Positions 9,755 to 18,656 of a DNA stretch of 23,974 nt are shown here, in pieces. The notes under the pieces are model-generated. The model did no database searches. It was not told the origin of the DNA and saw only the letters and a program-made list of their open reading frames with translations. Positions within the stretch are counted from its first letter, which is position 1. Each line of letters starts with the position of its first letter. Position numbers and translations under genes: made by a program. The stretch is from a bacterium (GTDB taxonomy: Bacteria; UBA8248), in NCBI GenBank assembly GCA_965202625.1, contig CBDBBI010000005.1, forward strand, positions 1 to 23,974. Direction: 5' to 3'.

Positions 9755-10604
9755 GAACGGAGCGCTTCGCAGTTCTCCACCCAGGGAAATCCCCCCACGA
9801 TTCTTGAACACGGGCGCGGCGCCCGCTGCATGGAATATGGCGGTGGACGAATTGTTGTTCGAGAATTGCCAGAATCACCTGAGAAGCAATCGCCCTCTTG
9901 AAGAAGCACCCGTCGCCTTTCGCGTCTATGCCTGGTCGCCTCCGGCCGTATCCCTGGGCCGTGGCCAGGCCGCCGGGCGCGACGTCTTTCTGGAGCGACT
10001 CACTGATGAGGGGATCGACGTCTGCCGAAGACTCACTGGAGGGCGCGCGGTATTGCACGATTGTGAATTGACGTATTCGCTCACCGGGCCAGAGTCCCTT
10101 CTGGGTGAGGCGATTGAGGAAACCTATCGCATCATCAGCGAGGGACTGGCCGATGGGTTGTCGTCCCTGGGGGCGCAGGTCGAGATGGCTCCTCCGAGCG
10201 GGCGCGCGTATGCCTCGCAAGGCTCTTGCTTCGCCACGGCGTCCGTATGGGAGCTGGCGATTGACGGGCAGAAAGTGGTGGGCAGCGCGCAATGCCGGGA
10301 AGAAGGCGCGGTATTGCAGCATGGCAGCGTTTTGCTTCGCTCCTCGGAGGAACGCTTGGCGACTCTTCTCAAGCCCAGAGGGGGCGGGCGTCCGCTCTCC
10401 CCCCGCTCCCACGCGGTGGGTCTATGCGAGATTTTAGGGGAGGGGATTTCATTTCATGACGTCGCCGACGCCTTAAAAGCGGGCCTTGAAAAGGTATTGG
10501 GTTTTCGGTTTCATCCGGGCGCGCTGTCGGACTTCGAGAATGCGAGAGCATGGGAGATATCCCGCGCCCGGTATGAAAAGCAGGAGTGGACTCTGACGCG
10601 GTAA
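9747..10604 (+). CDS. Lipoate-protein ligase family, LipM-like octanoyltransferase
   Basis: [26 protein letters not shown] (Cys at the LipM acyl-intermediate position), KVVGSAQ, LQHGS. No LplA C-terminal domain. ATG 9747 overlaps the gcvP end. Confidence 0.88.
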   Translation: MRENGALRSSPPREIPPRFLNTGAAPAAWNMAVDELLFENCQNHLRSNRPLEEAPVAFRVYAWSPPAVSLGRGQAAGRDVFLERLTDEGIDVCRRLTGGRAVLHDCELTYSLTGPESLLGEAIEETYRIISEGLADGLSSLGAQVEMAPPSGRAYASQGSCFATASVWELAIDGQKVVGSAQCREEGAVLQHGSVLLRSSEERLATLLKPRGGGRPLSPRSHAVGLCEILGEGISFHDVADALKAGLEKVLGFRFHPGALSDFENARAWEISRARYEKQEWTLTR

Positions 10605-10640
10605 GAACCCGTCCATCGCGCGGTTTCGTATTTCACTTCC

Positions 10641-10670
10641 TTGACACGGTTGGCGGCATGGCCCTATCGT
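10641..10670 (+). promoter_or_regulatory. Sigma70 promoter for tRNA-Gly
   Basis: TTGACA (10641-10646), 18 nt, TATCGT (10665-10670), 10 nt upstream of the tRNA. Confidence 0.65.
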
Positions 10671-10680
10671 CACCATGAAG

Positions 10681-10755
<75 letters not shown>

Positions 10756-10758
10756 TCC

Positions 10759-11617
10759 ATGTCGCACTTGATAGAGGCCGGGTTTCCGCTGGAGAGAGTG
10801 CGGTCGGACCGAAAGATGCGCTACCGTTTTTTGCGGGAATACGTGGAGGGGCTTCCGAAGCCGTTCTCGCCCTCTCAGTGGGCGTCTTTCTATTATGCCA
10901 TGTGCGTGTTGCGGGACTTGCCGGGTACTCCATCGGGGGAGGAAACGTAGGCGCCAGCCTCAGTGGCGTTTTCAGCGGATTGCGCCGATATGTTCCCTCC
11001 GCTTTGCGTGCGTATGCGGAGGGAATAGAGCCGCGCTACGCCGGCGTTGTGGGCGTGCTCAGGGAAAATGAGCGACAGCGTAGGGTGGCGGCGTCTTGTT
11101 GAGGGCTATAGATAAAGGGAAACCCGTCCGAATTCTGGTGGCCCGAGCGGGAGAGACGCGAAAACGCTGGCGCAAGGCGGACCCCTATCTCCTGCATTTT
11201 GATGGCGGGTGCTATCGTCTGCTGGCGAGAGAGTCCGAAAAGGGAACTCTGGAGGTTTGGCGTTTGGAGAGCATAGAAAGTGCTCGCATCACGGCGGGAG
11301 CCTTCCAGATGCCGCTGGGCCTGGATTTGAGGGCTTTGCTCGCCGAGTGCTTGCGCGAAGCGATGAATGGTGGTTTCAATGTGAAGGTGCGATTTGGTAA
11401 GGGCGTAGCGATTTACTCCGTCGTCGCTTTTATGGAGGAAGCGTTTGGCGAAGTGCAGCGCATGGGGAAATCCTGTCGAGACGTCGTGGTTCGCATAAGC
11501 GACATATGGGACTTCAGACGTTCGTTGATGTCTTTTGGTCCCGAGGCGGAGTTGGTTTCGCCGGCCGGGTTGCGAGAGGCGTTCCCTCAGGATTTGGAAA
11601 CGACCTTGAAAAAGTAT
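10759..11617 (+). pseudogene. Degraded WYL/WCX-domain (YafY/PafC-like) regulator: HTH missing, two frameshifts, stop codon lost
   Basis: Three frames join into one WYL architecture: 10759-~10935 (LIEAGFPLER..YRFL..LPKPFSPSQWASFY..LPGTP); ~10950-11095 (ASLSGVFSGLRRYVPSALRAY); 11096-11617 (LLRAIDKGKPVRI..RKADPYLLHFDGGCYRLLA..VWRLESI..FQMP, then WCX-like VKVRF..LMSFGPEAELVSPAGLRE..LKKY). Confidence 0.75.
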
Positions 11618-11677
11618 CGCAAGGGCCGCCTCGAAGGAGATGCAGGCGATTCGGCCCTGTCAATGGAGGGCCCCAAT

Positions 11678-11959
11678 ATGAGATTGAAAAAAGAGATAAT
11701 CAAGCGCATTTCTGACAAAGTGGTCAAGAGATTGGTTCGTCGCGAGTTGATATCGGAGGATTCGAACGAGGAAGTCCTCAGAACGCGAATCGCGCACGTG
11801 ATTGAGGCGGACTTGATGGTGGAGGATCGCCTGAACGATGAGGTCAAGGAAATACTGCGGGACTTTCAGGATGAAATGGACAAGGACAACGTGGACTATA
11901 GCCGGATGTTCACGATGGTGAAAACGAAATTGGCTCGTGAGCGGAACCTCGTGCTTTAG
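11678..11959 (+). CDS. DUF507-like small protein (copy 1)
   Basis: GGAGG SD at 11665-11669, ATG 11678: MRLKKEIIKRISDKVV..EDRLNDEVKEIL..VDYSRMFTMVKTKLARERNLVL. In frame with the upstream WYL remnant (track ORF 11096..11959). Confidence 0.8.
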   Translation: MRLKKEIIKRISDKVVKRLVRRELISEDSNEEVLRTRIAHVIEADLMVEDRLNDEVKEILRDFQDEMDKDNVDYSRMFTMVKTKLARERNLVL

Positions 11960-12006
11960 CGGAGCGGGAGGGTTTTTCAGGTTCTTTTTATAAGGAGAAC
12001 GCGGCC

Positions 12007-12282
12007 ATGAAACTCAGCCGCGAGAAAATCAACCATTTAACGAATCTGGTCGTCAAGGATATTGAGGAGTGCGAGGACGTGGATTTTCTCGTCGAGCCTC
12101 AAGAGTTGCGCATGAACGTTCTGCGCGCCATCAGCAATGAGCTGATCATTGATGATGAGATTGAAGAGGAGGTGCGAAGAATTTTAAGCACCTACTCCAG
12201 CAGGTTGGTGGAGGGTAGTCGGGACTGGGAGATACTCTTCAACAAGCATTATGAACAAGAGGCGAAACGGCGCGGTATTTGA
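12007..12282 (+). CDS. DUF507-like small protein (copy 2)
   Basis: AAGGAG SD; MKLSREKINHL..DDEIEEEVRRILSTYS..EGSRDWEILFNKHYEQE, the second member of tandem DUF507 pairs. Confidence 0.82.
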   Translation: MKLSREKINHLTNLVVKDIEECEDVDFLVEPQELRMNVLRAISNELIIDDEIEEEVRRILSTYSSRLVEGSRDWEILFNKHYEQEAKRRGI

Positions 12283-12307
12283 TCGGTTAGAATGGGGTTG
12301 CGGCGCG

Positions 12308-12907
12308 ATGCTTAGGGTGGGCTTGACCGGGGGAATTGCCAGCGGAAAATCGACGGTCAGCCGAATGCTCGCGGACATGGGAGTTCCCGTAATCGACGCG
12401 GACGTGATCGCGCGCGAGGTGGTTGTGCCTGGCTCCGCTGCCTTGAAGTCGATTGTCGAGACTTTTGGAGAAGAGACGCTTACCGATGGGAGGAGCCTGA
12501 ACCGCGCCAGACTCGGTGAGATTGTCTTTTCCGACCCTTCAAAAAAGAAGATCCTAGAGCGGATTCTACATCCTGAAATCATAGCCGAGCAGGATAGGCG
12601 ATTGAGAGAAATCGAGCTGGCTGGGAGGGTGCACGTTGCGGTCGTGGACGCCGCACTCATGATTGAATCCGGAAGCTGGAAGCGATTCGATCTGATTGTG
12701 GTCGTGGATTGTGATGAATCTCAGCAGGTCAGTCGATTATGCCGGCGCAACGGGATGGAGGAAGCCCAGGCGATGCGGCGCGTCAAAGCGCAGATGCGAT
12801 TGTCGGAGAAAGTGAAGTATGCGGATCGCGTCATCAACAATCGGGGTTCGGTGGATGATACTCGAAAACAGGTGGAGGAGCTGATGAAATCACTCTTGAA
12901 GAAATGA
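12308..12907 (+). CDS. coaE: Dephospho-CoA kinase
   Basis: MLRVGLTGGIASGKS P-loop, VIDAD, LNRARLGEIVF, LHPEI, ADRVINN. ATG 12308 preferred over the track's 12251. Confidence 0.95.
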   Translation: MLRVGLTGGIASGKSTVSRMLADMGVPVIDADVIAREVVVPGSAALKSIVETFGEETLTDGRSLNRARLGEIVFSDPSKKKILERILHPEIIAEQDRRLREIELAGRVHVAVVDAALMIESGSWKRFDLIVVVDCDESQQVSRLCRRNGMEEAQAMRRVKAQMRLSEKVKYADRVINNRGSVDDTRKQVEELMKSLLKK

Positions 12908-12918
12908 GAGAAAATGTG

Positions 12919-12947
12919 TTGACAAATTCATTGGAACTGATTATGTT
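12919..12947 (+). promoter_or_regulatory. Sigma70 promoter for rho
   Basis: TTGACA (12919-12924), 17 nt, TATGTT (12942-12947), with A-rich sequence upstream. Confidence 0.7.
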
Positions 12948-13345
12948 TCGTATAGTGTGTATGTGAAATAATCATAGTTTTTAATAATTCCGCACTGCAA
13001 ACGCCATCTGAATGCACTATTTGGAACTTCAAAAAAAGAAGAAATTCTACGTACACTTATTGAGATACTTCTGCCCCCAGATGAATATATTGCCGACGGG
13101 ATTTTCGTGCGCGCGTGCCCGGTCATATCCAAAAAATACTTGAATGCGCACTTTGCGTTGCATTCGACGGCGAGAGCCTATTCTTGAATCAGACACGAAG
13201 GAATTTCATCAAATCAACCTTACCGCTTGAGGCTAGGAGGAAAAGTCTCCCCGCGCAGGATGTGGCGAGTGATGCGACCAGAAGGCGTCATCTCACGTTC
13301 CAGGCGGAATAATAAGGTGCCCACCAAATGAGGGAGAAGGGAATC

Positions 13346-14635
13346 ATGGCGACAGGAATGAAGTATCGAGGACTGAACTTGGCGGAACTCAAGAAAAAAA
13401 CCATTCTAGAACTTAAGCAGATTCTGAAGGAACTCGACGCAGAAGATGCCAGCAACCTCAGAAAACAGGATATGATCTATAAGATACTGGAAGCGCAGTC
13501 CGCTAAGGATCGCAACGGCGGCGGCGGAACCATCACCGGAGAGGGCGTCCTGGAAATTTTGCCGGACGGGTTCGGGTTCTTGCGCTCGCCCGCGTATAAC
13601 TATCTTCCGGGTCCAGACGACATCTATGTTTCCCCCAGCCAAATTCGTCGTTTTGATCTTCGCACTGGCGATACGGTGAGTGGTGAAATTCGCCAGCCCA
13701 AGGATGGCGAGCGATATTTCGCGCTCTTGAAGGTCGAGAAAATCAATTTCGAGCCTCCCGAGGCGAGCAAGGACAAAGTTCTGTTTGACAACCTCACGCC
13801 CTTGTATCCGGACCGGAGGATACGCCTCGAGACGTCTGCGGAGGAGGTCAGTTCGCGTATCTTGGACCTCATGACGCCGATTGGTTTCGGGCAGCGTGGC
13901 CTCATCGTCGCCGCGCCTCGGACGGGCAAGACGATGATGCTTCAGTCCATAGCGAAAAGCATCGCGACGAATCACCCGGAAGTCCATTTGATCGTCTTGC
14001 TTATCGATGAGCGCCCCGAGGAAGTCACCGACATGGAGCGCTCCGTGCGCGGCGAAGTGATTAGCTCGACGTTCGACGAGCCGGCGTCTCGCCACGTCCA
14101 GGTAGCGGACATGGTGATTGAAAAGGCGAAGAGGCTCACCGAGCACAAGCAGGATGTGGTGATTTTGCTGGATTCCATTACGCGTTTGGCGCGCGCTCAC
14201 AACACTATCATTTCGCCGAGCGGAAAAGTGCTCTCCGGCGGCGTCGATTCGAACGCGCTGCAACGGCCAAAACGCTTTTTCGGTGCGGCGCGAAACCTAG
14301 AAGAGGGCGGAAGCCTCACCATTCTCGCCACGGCGCTGGTGGAGACGGGTAGCAGAATGGACGACGTGATTTTTGAGGAGTTCAAGGGCACGGGCAACAT
14401 GGAGGTGCACCTGGACAGGAAACTCTCCGATAAGCGCGTGTTCCCCTCGGCGGACATCAACAAATCCGGAACCAGAAAAGAGGAATTGTTGTTGAGTCCG
14501 CAGGAGCTCAATCGAGTCTGGGTATTGCGCAAGGTCTTGCAGCCGCTGGGCGTAGTGGATTCGATGGAGTTGTTGCTCGAGAAGATTCAGGAGACGAGCA
14601 CGAACGAGGAGTTTCTCGCCTCAATGAACACGTAA
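13346..14635 (+). CDS. rho: Transcription termination factor Rho
   Basis: [28 protein letters not shown], Walker [38 protein letters not shown]. Start is 13346 or nearby (13328, 13358). Confidence 0.98.
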   Translation: MATGMKYRGLNLAELKKKTILELKQILKELDAEDASNLRKQDMIYKILEAQSAKDRNGGGGTITGEGVLEILPDGFGFLRSPAYNYLPGPDDIYVSPSQIRRFDLRTGDTVSGEIRQPKDGERYFALLKVEKINFEPPEASKDKVLFDNLTPLYPDRRIRLETSAEEVSSRILDLMTPIGFGQRGLIVAAPRTGKTMMLQSIAKSIATNHPEVHLIVLLIDERPEEVTDMERSVRGEVISSTFDEPASRHVQVADMVIEKAKRLTEHKQDVVILLDSITRLARAHNTIISPSGKVLSGGVDSNALQRPKRFFGAARNLEEGGSLTILATALVETGSRMDDVIFEEFKGTGNMEVHLDRKLSDKRVFPSADINKSGTRKEELLLSPQELNRVWVLRKVLQPLGVVDSMELLLEKIQETSTNEEFLASMNT

Positions 14636-14671
14636 GAGTCGTTTCCCGCTTTTTGATTTCCTCGCTTTGGG

Positions 14672-14700
14672 TGGACAAGGCGTCTGGTTTTCGATATAAA
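14672..14700 (+). promoter_or_regulatory. Sigma70 promoter for rpmE-prfA
   Basis: TGGACA (14672-14677), 17 nt, TATAAA (14695-14700). Confidence 0.65.
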
Positions 14701-14825
14701 TCTCTTTGTCGGCGAAGGGGACGGGACTGTTTTTCCGAACGCCGCTTCTTCTCGTTTCTGGTTTTTCCGTGGTGGTCGCCTGTTTTCGATGTTTCGACCC
14801 CAGGGTTTTTTTGGAGCGTCTGGCT

Positions 14826-15311
14826 ATGAAGGCTGAAATTCATCCGCAATTGTTCGAGTGCAAGGTCTCTTGCAGTGGTTGCGGCGTTGAATTCACGACG
14901 CTCTCTACTCGAGGAGAAATACGAGTGGAGGTTTGCTCAAAGTGCCATCCATTTTTCACTGGAAAGCAGGCGCGCATCGTGGATACCGAGGGTCGCGTAG
15001 AGAAATTCATCAAAAAATTCGAGGGAAAGGAAGCGCGGGTCTCGAAGCGCAAGAGAAAAAAGGCCCTCGCCGAGGCGGAGAGGGCGATCCAGCTCGAAAG
15101 AGAGGCCCGTCTGGCCGCTGAAAGGGCGGCGGAAGAGAAAGCGCAAAGAGAAGAAGCGAAAAAGAAAAGGGTAGAGGAGCGCGCCGCTAGAAAAGCGGCT
15201 CAGGAGCAGAAAGCGGGATCCCCTGAGGCCGAGGGGGTGGCTTCTATGGTGGAGGACGCTTCGTCTGCCCCTGATTCGAGCGGAGCGGAAAAAAAGTCGG
15301 TGGATTTATAA
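14826..15311 (+). CDS. rpmE: 50S ribosomal protein L31, Cys/Zn-binding type, with a long charged C-terminal extension
   Basis: GGAG SD; [37 protein letters not shown]; 161 aa versus a ~70-aa core. Confidence 0.93.
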   Translation: MKAEIHPQLFECKVSCSGCGVEFTTLSTRGEIRVEVCSKCHPFFTGKQARIVDTEGRVEKFIKKFEGKEARVSKRKRKKALAEAERAIQLEREARLAAERAAEEKAQREEAKKKRVEERAARKAAQEQKAGSPEAEGVASMVEDASSAPDSSGAEKKSVDL

Positions 15312-15414
15312 GCCCTTAGCCTTCTGCATCGCCCGGCCCTGGTCGTCGTTTCCTCGCTGAATGTGGATTCTTCAGCGGTCCCCAGCCATCCCATTCTCGC
15401 CCATCGGTTACCCC

Positions 15415-16506
15415 ATGTTCGAAAAAATCGAACAAATCATCGAAAAACATCGCGCGCTCGAGACGCGCCTGTCGGACCTCGCTTTGCTCAAAGACCGCAA
15501 GAAATTCGAGCGGACCGCGCGCGAGCACAAGGAGCTCCAGCAAGTCGTCCACGCCTATGCGGAATGGCGCGTATACAGAGATGCCTTGAAAGAGGCGGAG
15601 GCGCTGCTCGGGGATGCAGACCCGGAGGTGAGCGAACTCGCCAGAGCCGAGCGAGAAGATGTGGGAGCGCGGCTCAAGGAGGTGGAGGGGAGGCTGCGCC
15701 AACTTCTCCTTCCTAAGGATCCGAACGATGAGAAAAATGTCATTCTTGAAGTGCGCGCGGGAACGGGTGGTCAGGAGGCCGCGCTTTTCGCATCTGACTT
15801 GTATCGCATGTACGTTCGCTACGCCGAGCTGCAGGGCTGGGAGGTGGAGGAGTTGAATAAGAGCGAGAGCGACCTTGGCGGCTTGAAGGAAGCGTCGGCG
15901 CTGATCAAGGGCGCGGGCGCCTATAGCCGTCTGCGATACGAGAGCGGGACGCATCGCGTGCAGAGGGTGCCCGTCACCGAAACGCAAGGCAGAATACACA
16001 CTTCCGCCGCCACTGTGGCCGTATTGCCCGAGGCGGATGAGATCGCGCTGGACATCGGAGAGAAAGATTTGAGAATCGACGTCTATCGCTCCTCGGGCCC
16101 GGGTGGTCAAAGCGTCAACACGACGGATTCCGCCGTTCGCATCACCCATGTGCCCACCGGCCTCGTCGTCACCTGTCAAGATGAGAAGAGCCAGCACAAA
16201 AACCGCGCCAAGGCGATGAAGATTCTCTCGGCTCATCTACTGGACATGGAAATCCAAAAACAGATGTCCGACCGTTCTGCGCAAAGGAAAAGCCTCGTAG
16301 GCAGCGGAGACAGAAGCGAGAGAATAAGAACCTATAATTTTCCGCAGGATAGAATCACGGATCACCGCATCGGTCTCACCCTTCACAACCTTTCCGGTTT
16401 TATGGAAGGAGGGATTGATGAGATGGTGAAACGAGTGATAGAAAGCCGGGAGGCGGAGCGTTTGGCGGAGCTGGAAGAAAACCAAGAGACCGCCTCTCCG
16501 AAATGA
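15415..16506 (+). CDS. prfA: Peptide chain release factor 1
   Basis: MFEKIEQI start; [14 protein letters not shown]1 PxT motif (QRVPVTE), [19 protein letters not shown]. Confidence 0.97.
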   Translation: MFEKIEQIIEKHRALETRLSDLALLKDRKKFERTAREHKELQQVVHAYAEWRVYRDALKEAEALLGDADPEVSELARAEREDVGARLKEVEGRLRQLLLPKDPNDEKNVILEVRAGTGGQEAALFASDLYRMYVRYAELQGWEVEELNKSESDLGGLKEASALIKGAGAYSRLRYESGTHRVQRVPVTETQGRIHTSAATVAVLPEADEIALDIGEKDLRIDVYRSSGPGGQSVNTTDSAVRITHVPTGLVVTCQDEKSQHKNRAKAMKILSAHLLDMEIQKQMSDRSAQRKSLVGSGDRSERIRTYNFPQDRITDHRIGLTLHNLSGFMEGGIDEMVKRVIESREAERLAELEENQETASPK

Positions 16507-17393
16507 GGGACTCTCACCTTGCGGCGGAAAGCGCGCCTCGGCAAAGGGTAGGCGCCCTCGTTTCCCGCCTGCAGGCGCGTTTGAGGGAAGCCGGCTTAGA
16601 TGCGCCCGATCTGGACGCACAACTCATTCTGGCGACGGTTCTCAGACGTGATAGAGCGTATATTCACGCCCATCCCGAAAAAATCGTTTCCGACCAGATG
16701 TGCGCGCGGGCCGAAGCCTTGACGCGCAGGAGAATCAGCCGTGAACCCATGGCCTACATTCTGGGCGAGAAAGAGTTTTGGTCCATGCCTTTTCTCGTCT
16801 CGCCGGATGTCTTGATCCCCAGACCGGACTCGGAGTTGCTCGTGGCGCGTGCTGCAGCGTTGTTGCGTAAAAGGCGAGAACCCAGAATCCTGGACGTCGG
16901 CGCCGGCACCGGCGCGGTGGGTCTGGCTATCGGGCGCGAATTGCCCGAGGCGCGAATCACCTTGCTCGATGTGAGCCTGAGGGTGCTGAGGATGGCGAAA
17001 CGAAACACGGAGCGGTTCGGCTTGGGCGGTCGAACGACTTTTTTGGCCTCCGATTTGCTCCAGGCCGTCGCCGAGGGGGAGAAATTCGATCTGATTGCCT
17101 CGAACCCGCCCTATGTGGAATCAAAAGAGGTGGACTGCTTGATGCCGGAGGTTTCATGGTTCGAGCCTCGCATTGCGCTGGATGGAGGTGTGGACGGGAT
17201 GAACTGCATACGGCGCATCATAGCGGAGGCGCCCCTGCGTTTGGCGGGCGGAGGTTTCTTGTTGTTGGAGATGGCCCCGGAAAAGATGGCGGAGGCGATA
17301 GATTTATCCGAGAAGCGAGGGAATTATTCCTCGGCGAAGCGCTTTCAGGACATCGCCGGGCGCGACAGGGTTCTGGAGTTACGGAGAGGGTAG
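16503..17393 (+). CDS. prmC: Release factor glutamine methyltransferase
   Basis: [43 protein letters not shown]; ATGA overlap with prfA. Confidence 0.95.
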   Translation: MRDSHLAAESAPRQRVGALVSRLQARLREAGLDAPDLDAQLILATVLRRDRAYIHAHPEKIVSDQMCARAEALTRRRISREPMAYILGEKEFWSMPFLVSPDVLIPRPDSELLVARAAALLRKRREPRILDVGAGTGAVGLAIGRELPEARITLLDVSLRVLRMAKRNTERFGLGGRTTFLASDLLQAVAEGEKFDLIASNPPYVESKEVDCLMPEVSWFEPRIALDGGVDGMNCIRRIIAEAPLRLAGGGFLLLEMAPEKMAEAIDLSEKRGNYSSAKRFQDIAGRDRVLELRRG

Positions 17394-17396
17394 GTT

Positions 17397-18656
17397 TTGG
17401 AGCAATTTCGGATTCGCGGAGGCAGGCCCCTTCATGGGGAAGTCGAGGCGTCTGGATCGAAAAATGCCTCTTTGCCGATTTTGGTCGCCGCTCTTTTGGT
17501 TGACGGAGTCAGTCGCGCGCGGCGGGTTCCGAACTTGCGGGATACGGATACGATGTTGCGGCTTTTGGAGGCGTTTGGCGTAGAGGTGAGGGAGGAGCCC
17601 CTCTCTCGAATTTCCCTGAACGCCTCGAACGTTACCGGTGGCGTCGCGCCTTGCGCCCTGGTGCGGACGATGCGGGCCTCTGTCCTGGTGCTGGGGCCGC
17701 TGCTGGCGCGCCTTGGCTCGGCTTGCGTGGCACTGCCGGGCGGCGATGCGATTGGGGCGAGACCCATCGACCAGCATCTCAAGGGGCTGCGTGCGATGGG
17801 GGCGGATGTTCGTATAGAGCGCGGCTATATTCAGGCGAGGGCGCGGAGGCTCACGGGCGCGCGAATCTCCTTTGACATCACGACGGTCACGGGGACGAAG
17901 AATCTAATGATGGCGGCCGTCCTGGCGAAGGGGATCACTGTTTTAGAGAACGCGGCGTTGGAGCCGGAAGTGGTGACGCTCGCGAATTTGTTGAACCAGA
18001 TGGGCGCTAGGGTGAGCGGCGCGGGCACGCCCGTGGTGGAGATAGAGGGAGTGGAGGCGCTCAGGGAATATGATGTGGCTGCGCCTTCCGACCGCATTGA
18101 GGTGGGAACCTTGATGATTGCGGCGGCTATAACGAAAGGGGAGTTGAAGATAACGAATTGCGCGCCTGGGCAAGTTCGCGTGCTCACGAGAAAATTGCGC
18201 GAGGCGGGCTTGGAAATTTCAGAGGGGGAAAACTGGATTCGCGTGCGGAGCGATGGCTCCGTGTTGCCCGTGAGCGTCAGGACGGCCCCCTACCCGGGCT
18301 TTCCGACGGATCTGCAGGCCCAGTTCATGGCTTTGATGACGCTCGCGCGCGGCAGTTGCGTAATTACGGAGACCATCTTTGAAAATCGATTTATGCACTC
18401 CGCTGAGCTCGCCAGAATGAACGCGCGCATTCGCCTTGATGGCCGGACGGCGCATATTGAGGGGGTGGCGCATCTCGTGGGCGCCTCGGTGCGAACGACC
18501 GATCTCCGGGCGAGCGCCTCGCTGGTTTTGGCGGGTTTGGCGGCGCGTGGAGAAACCATCGTCCACAACGCGTATCATATTGACAGGGGATATCAGCGAA
18601 TCGAAGATAAGTTGAGGAGCCTAGGCGCGGATATCGAACGTGAAGTGGAGTCGTAA
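17397..18656 (+). CDS. murA: UDP-N-acetylglucosamine 1-carboxyvinyltransferase, Asp-type active-site loop
   Basis: TTG start; GSKNA, MRAS, LPGGDAIGARP, NAALEPE, DRIE, PYPGFPTDLQ, FENRF, TDLRA, HIDRGY. Confidence 0.96.
   Translation: MEQFRIRGGRPLHGEVEASGSKNASLPILVAALLVDGVSRARRVPNLRDTDTMLRLLEAFGVEVREEPLSRISLNASNVTGGVAPCALVRTMRASVLVLGPLLARLGSACVALPGGDAIGARPIDQHLKGLRAMGADVRIERGYIQARARRLTGARISFDITTVTGTKNLMMAAVLAKGITVLENAALEPEVVTLANLLNQMGARVSGAGTPVVEIEGVEALREYDVAAPSDRIEVGTLMIAAAITKGELKITNCAPGQVRVLTRKLREAGLEISEGENWIRVRSDGSVLPVSVRTAPYPGFPTDLQAQFMALMTLARGSCVITETIFENRFMHSAELARMNARIRLDGRTAHIEGVAHLVGASVRTTDLRASASLVLAGLAARGETIVHNAYHIDRGYQRIEDKLRSLGADIEREVES

Noticed and set aside
10931-11100. Programmed frameshifting at the two WYL breaks
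   Set aside because: No correctly phased slippery heptamer at either site, and the gene is also 5'-truncated, so decay is the simpler explanation.
13115-13312. 65-aa ORF in the rho leader (and minus-strand 12941..13132)
   Set aside because: No SD, no motif, and better explained as leader sequence.
14706-14825. N-terminal extension of L31 in the ORF track (also extended starts for prfA, coaE and the acyl-CoA dehydrogenase)
   Set aside because: The family-typical N-termini begin at downstream ATGs (14826, 15415, 12308, 3940).
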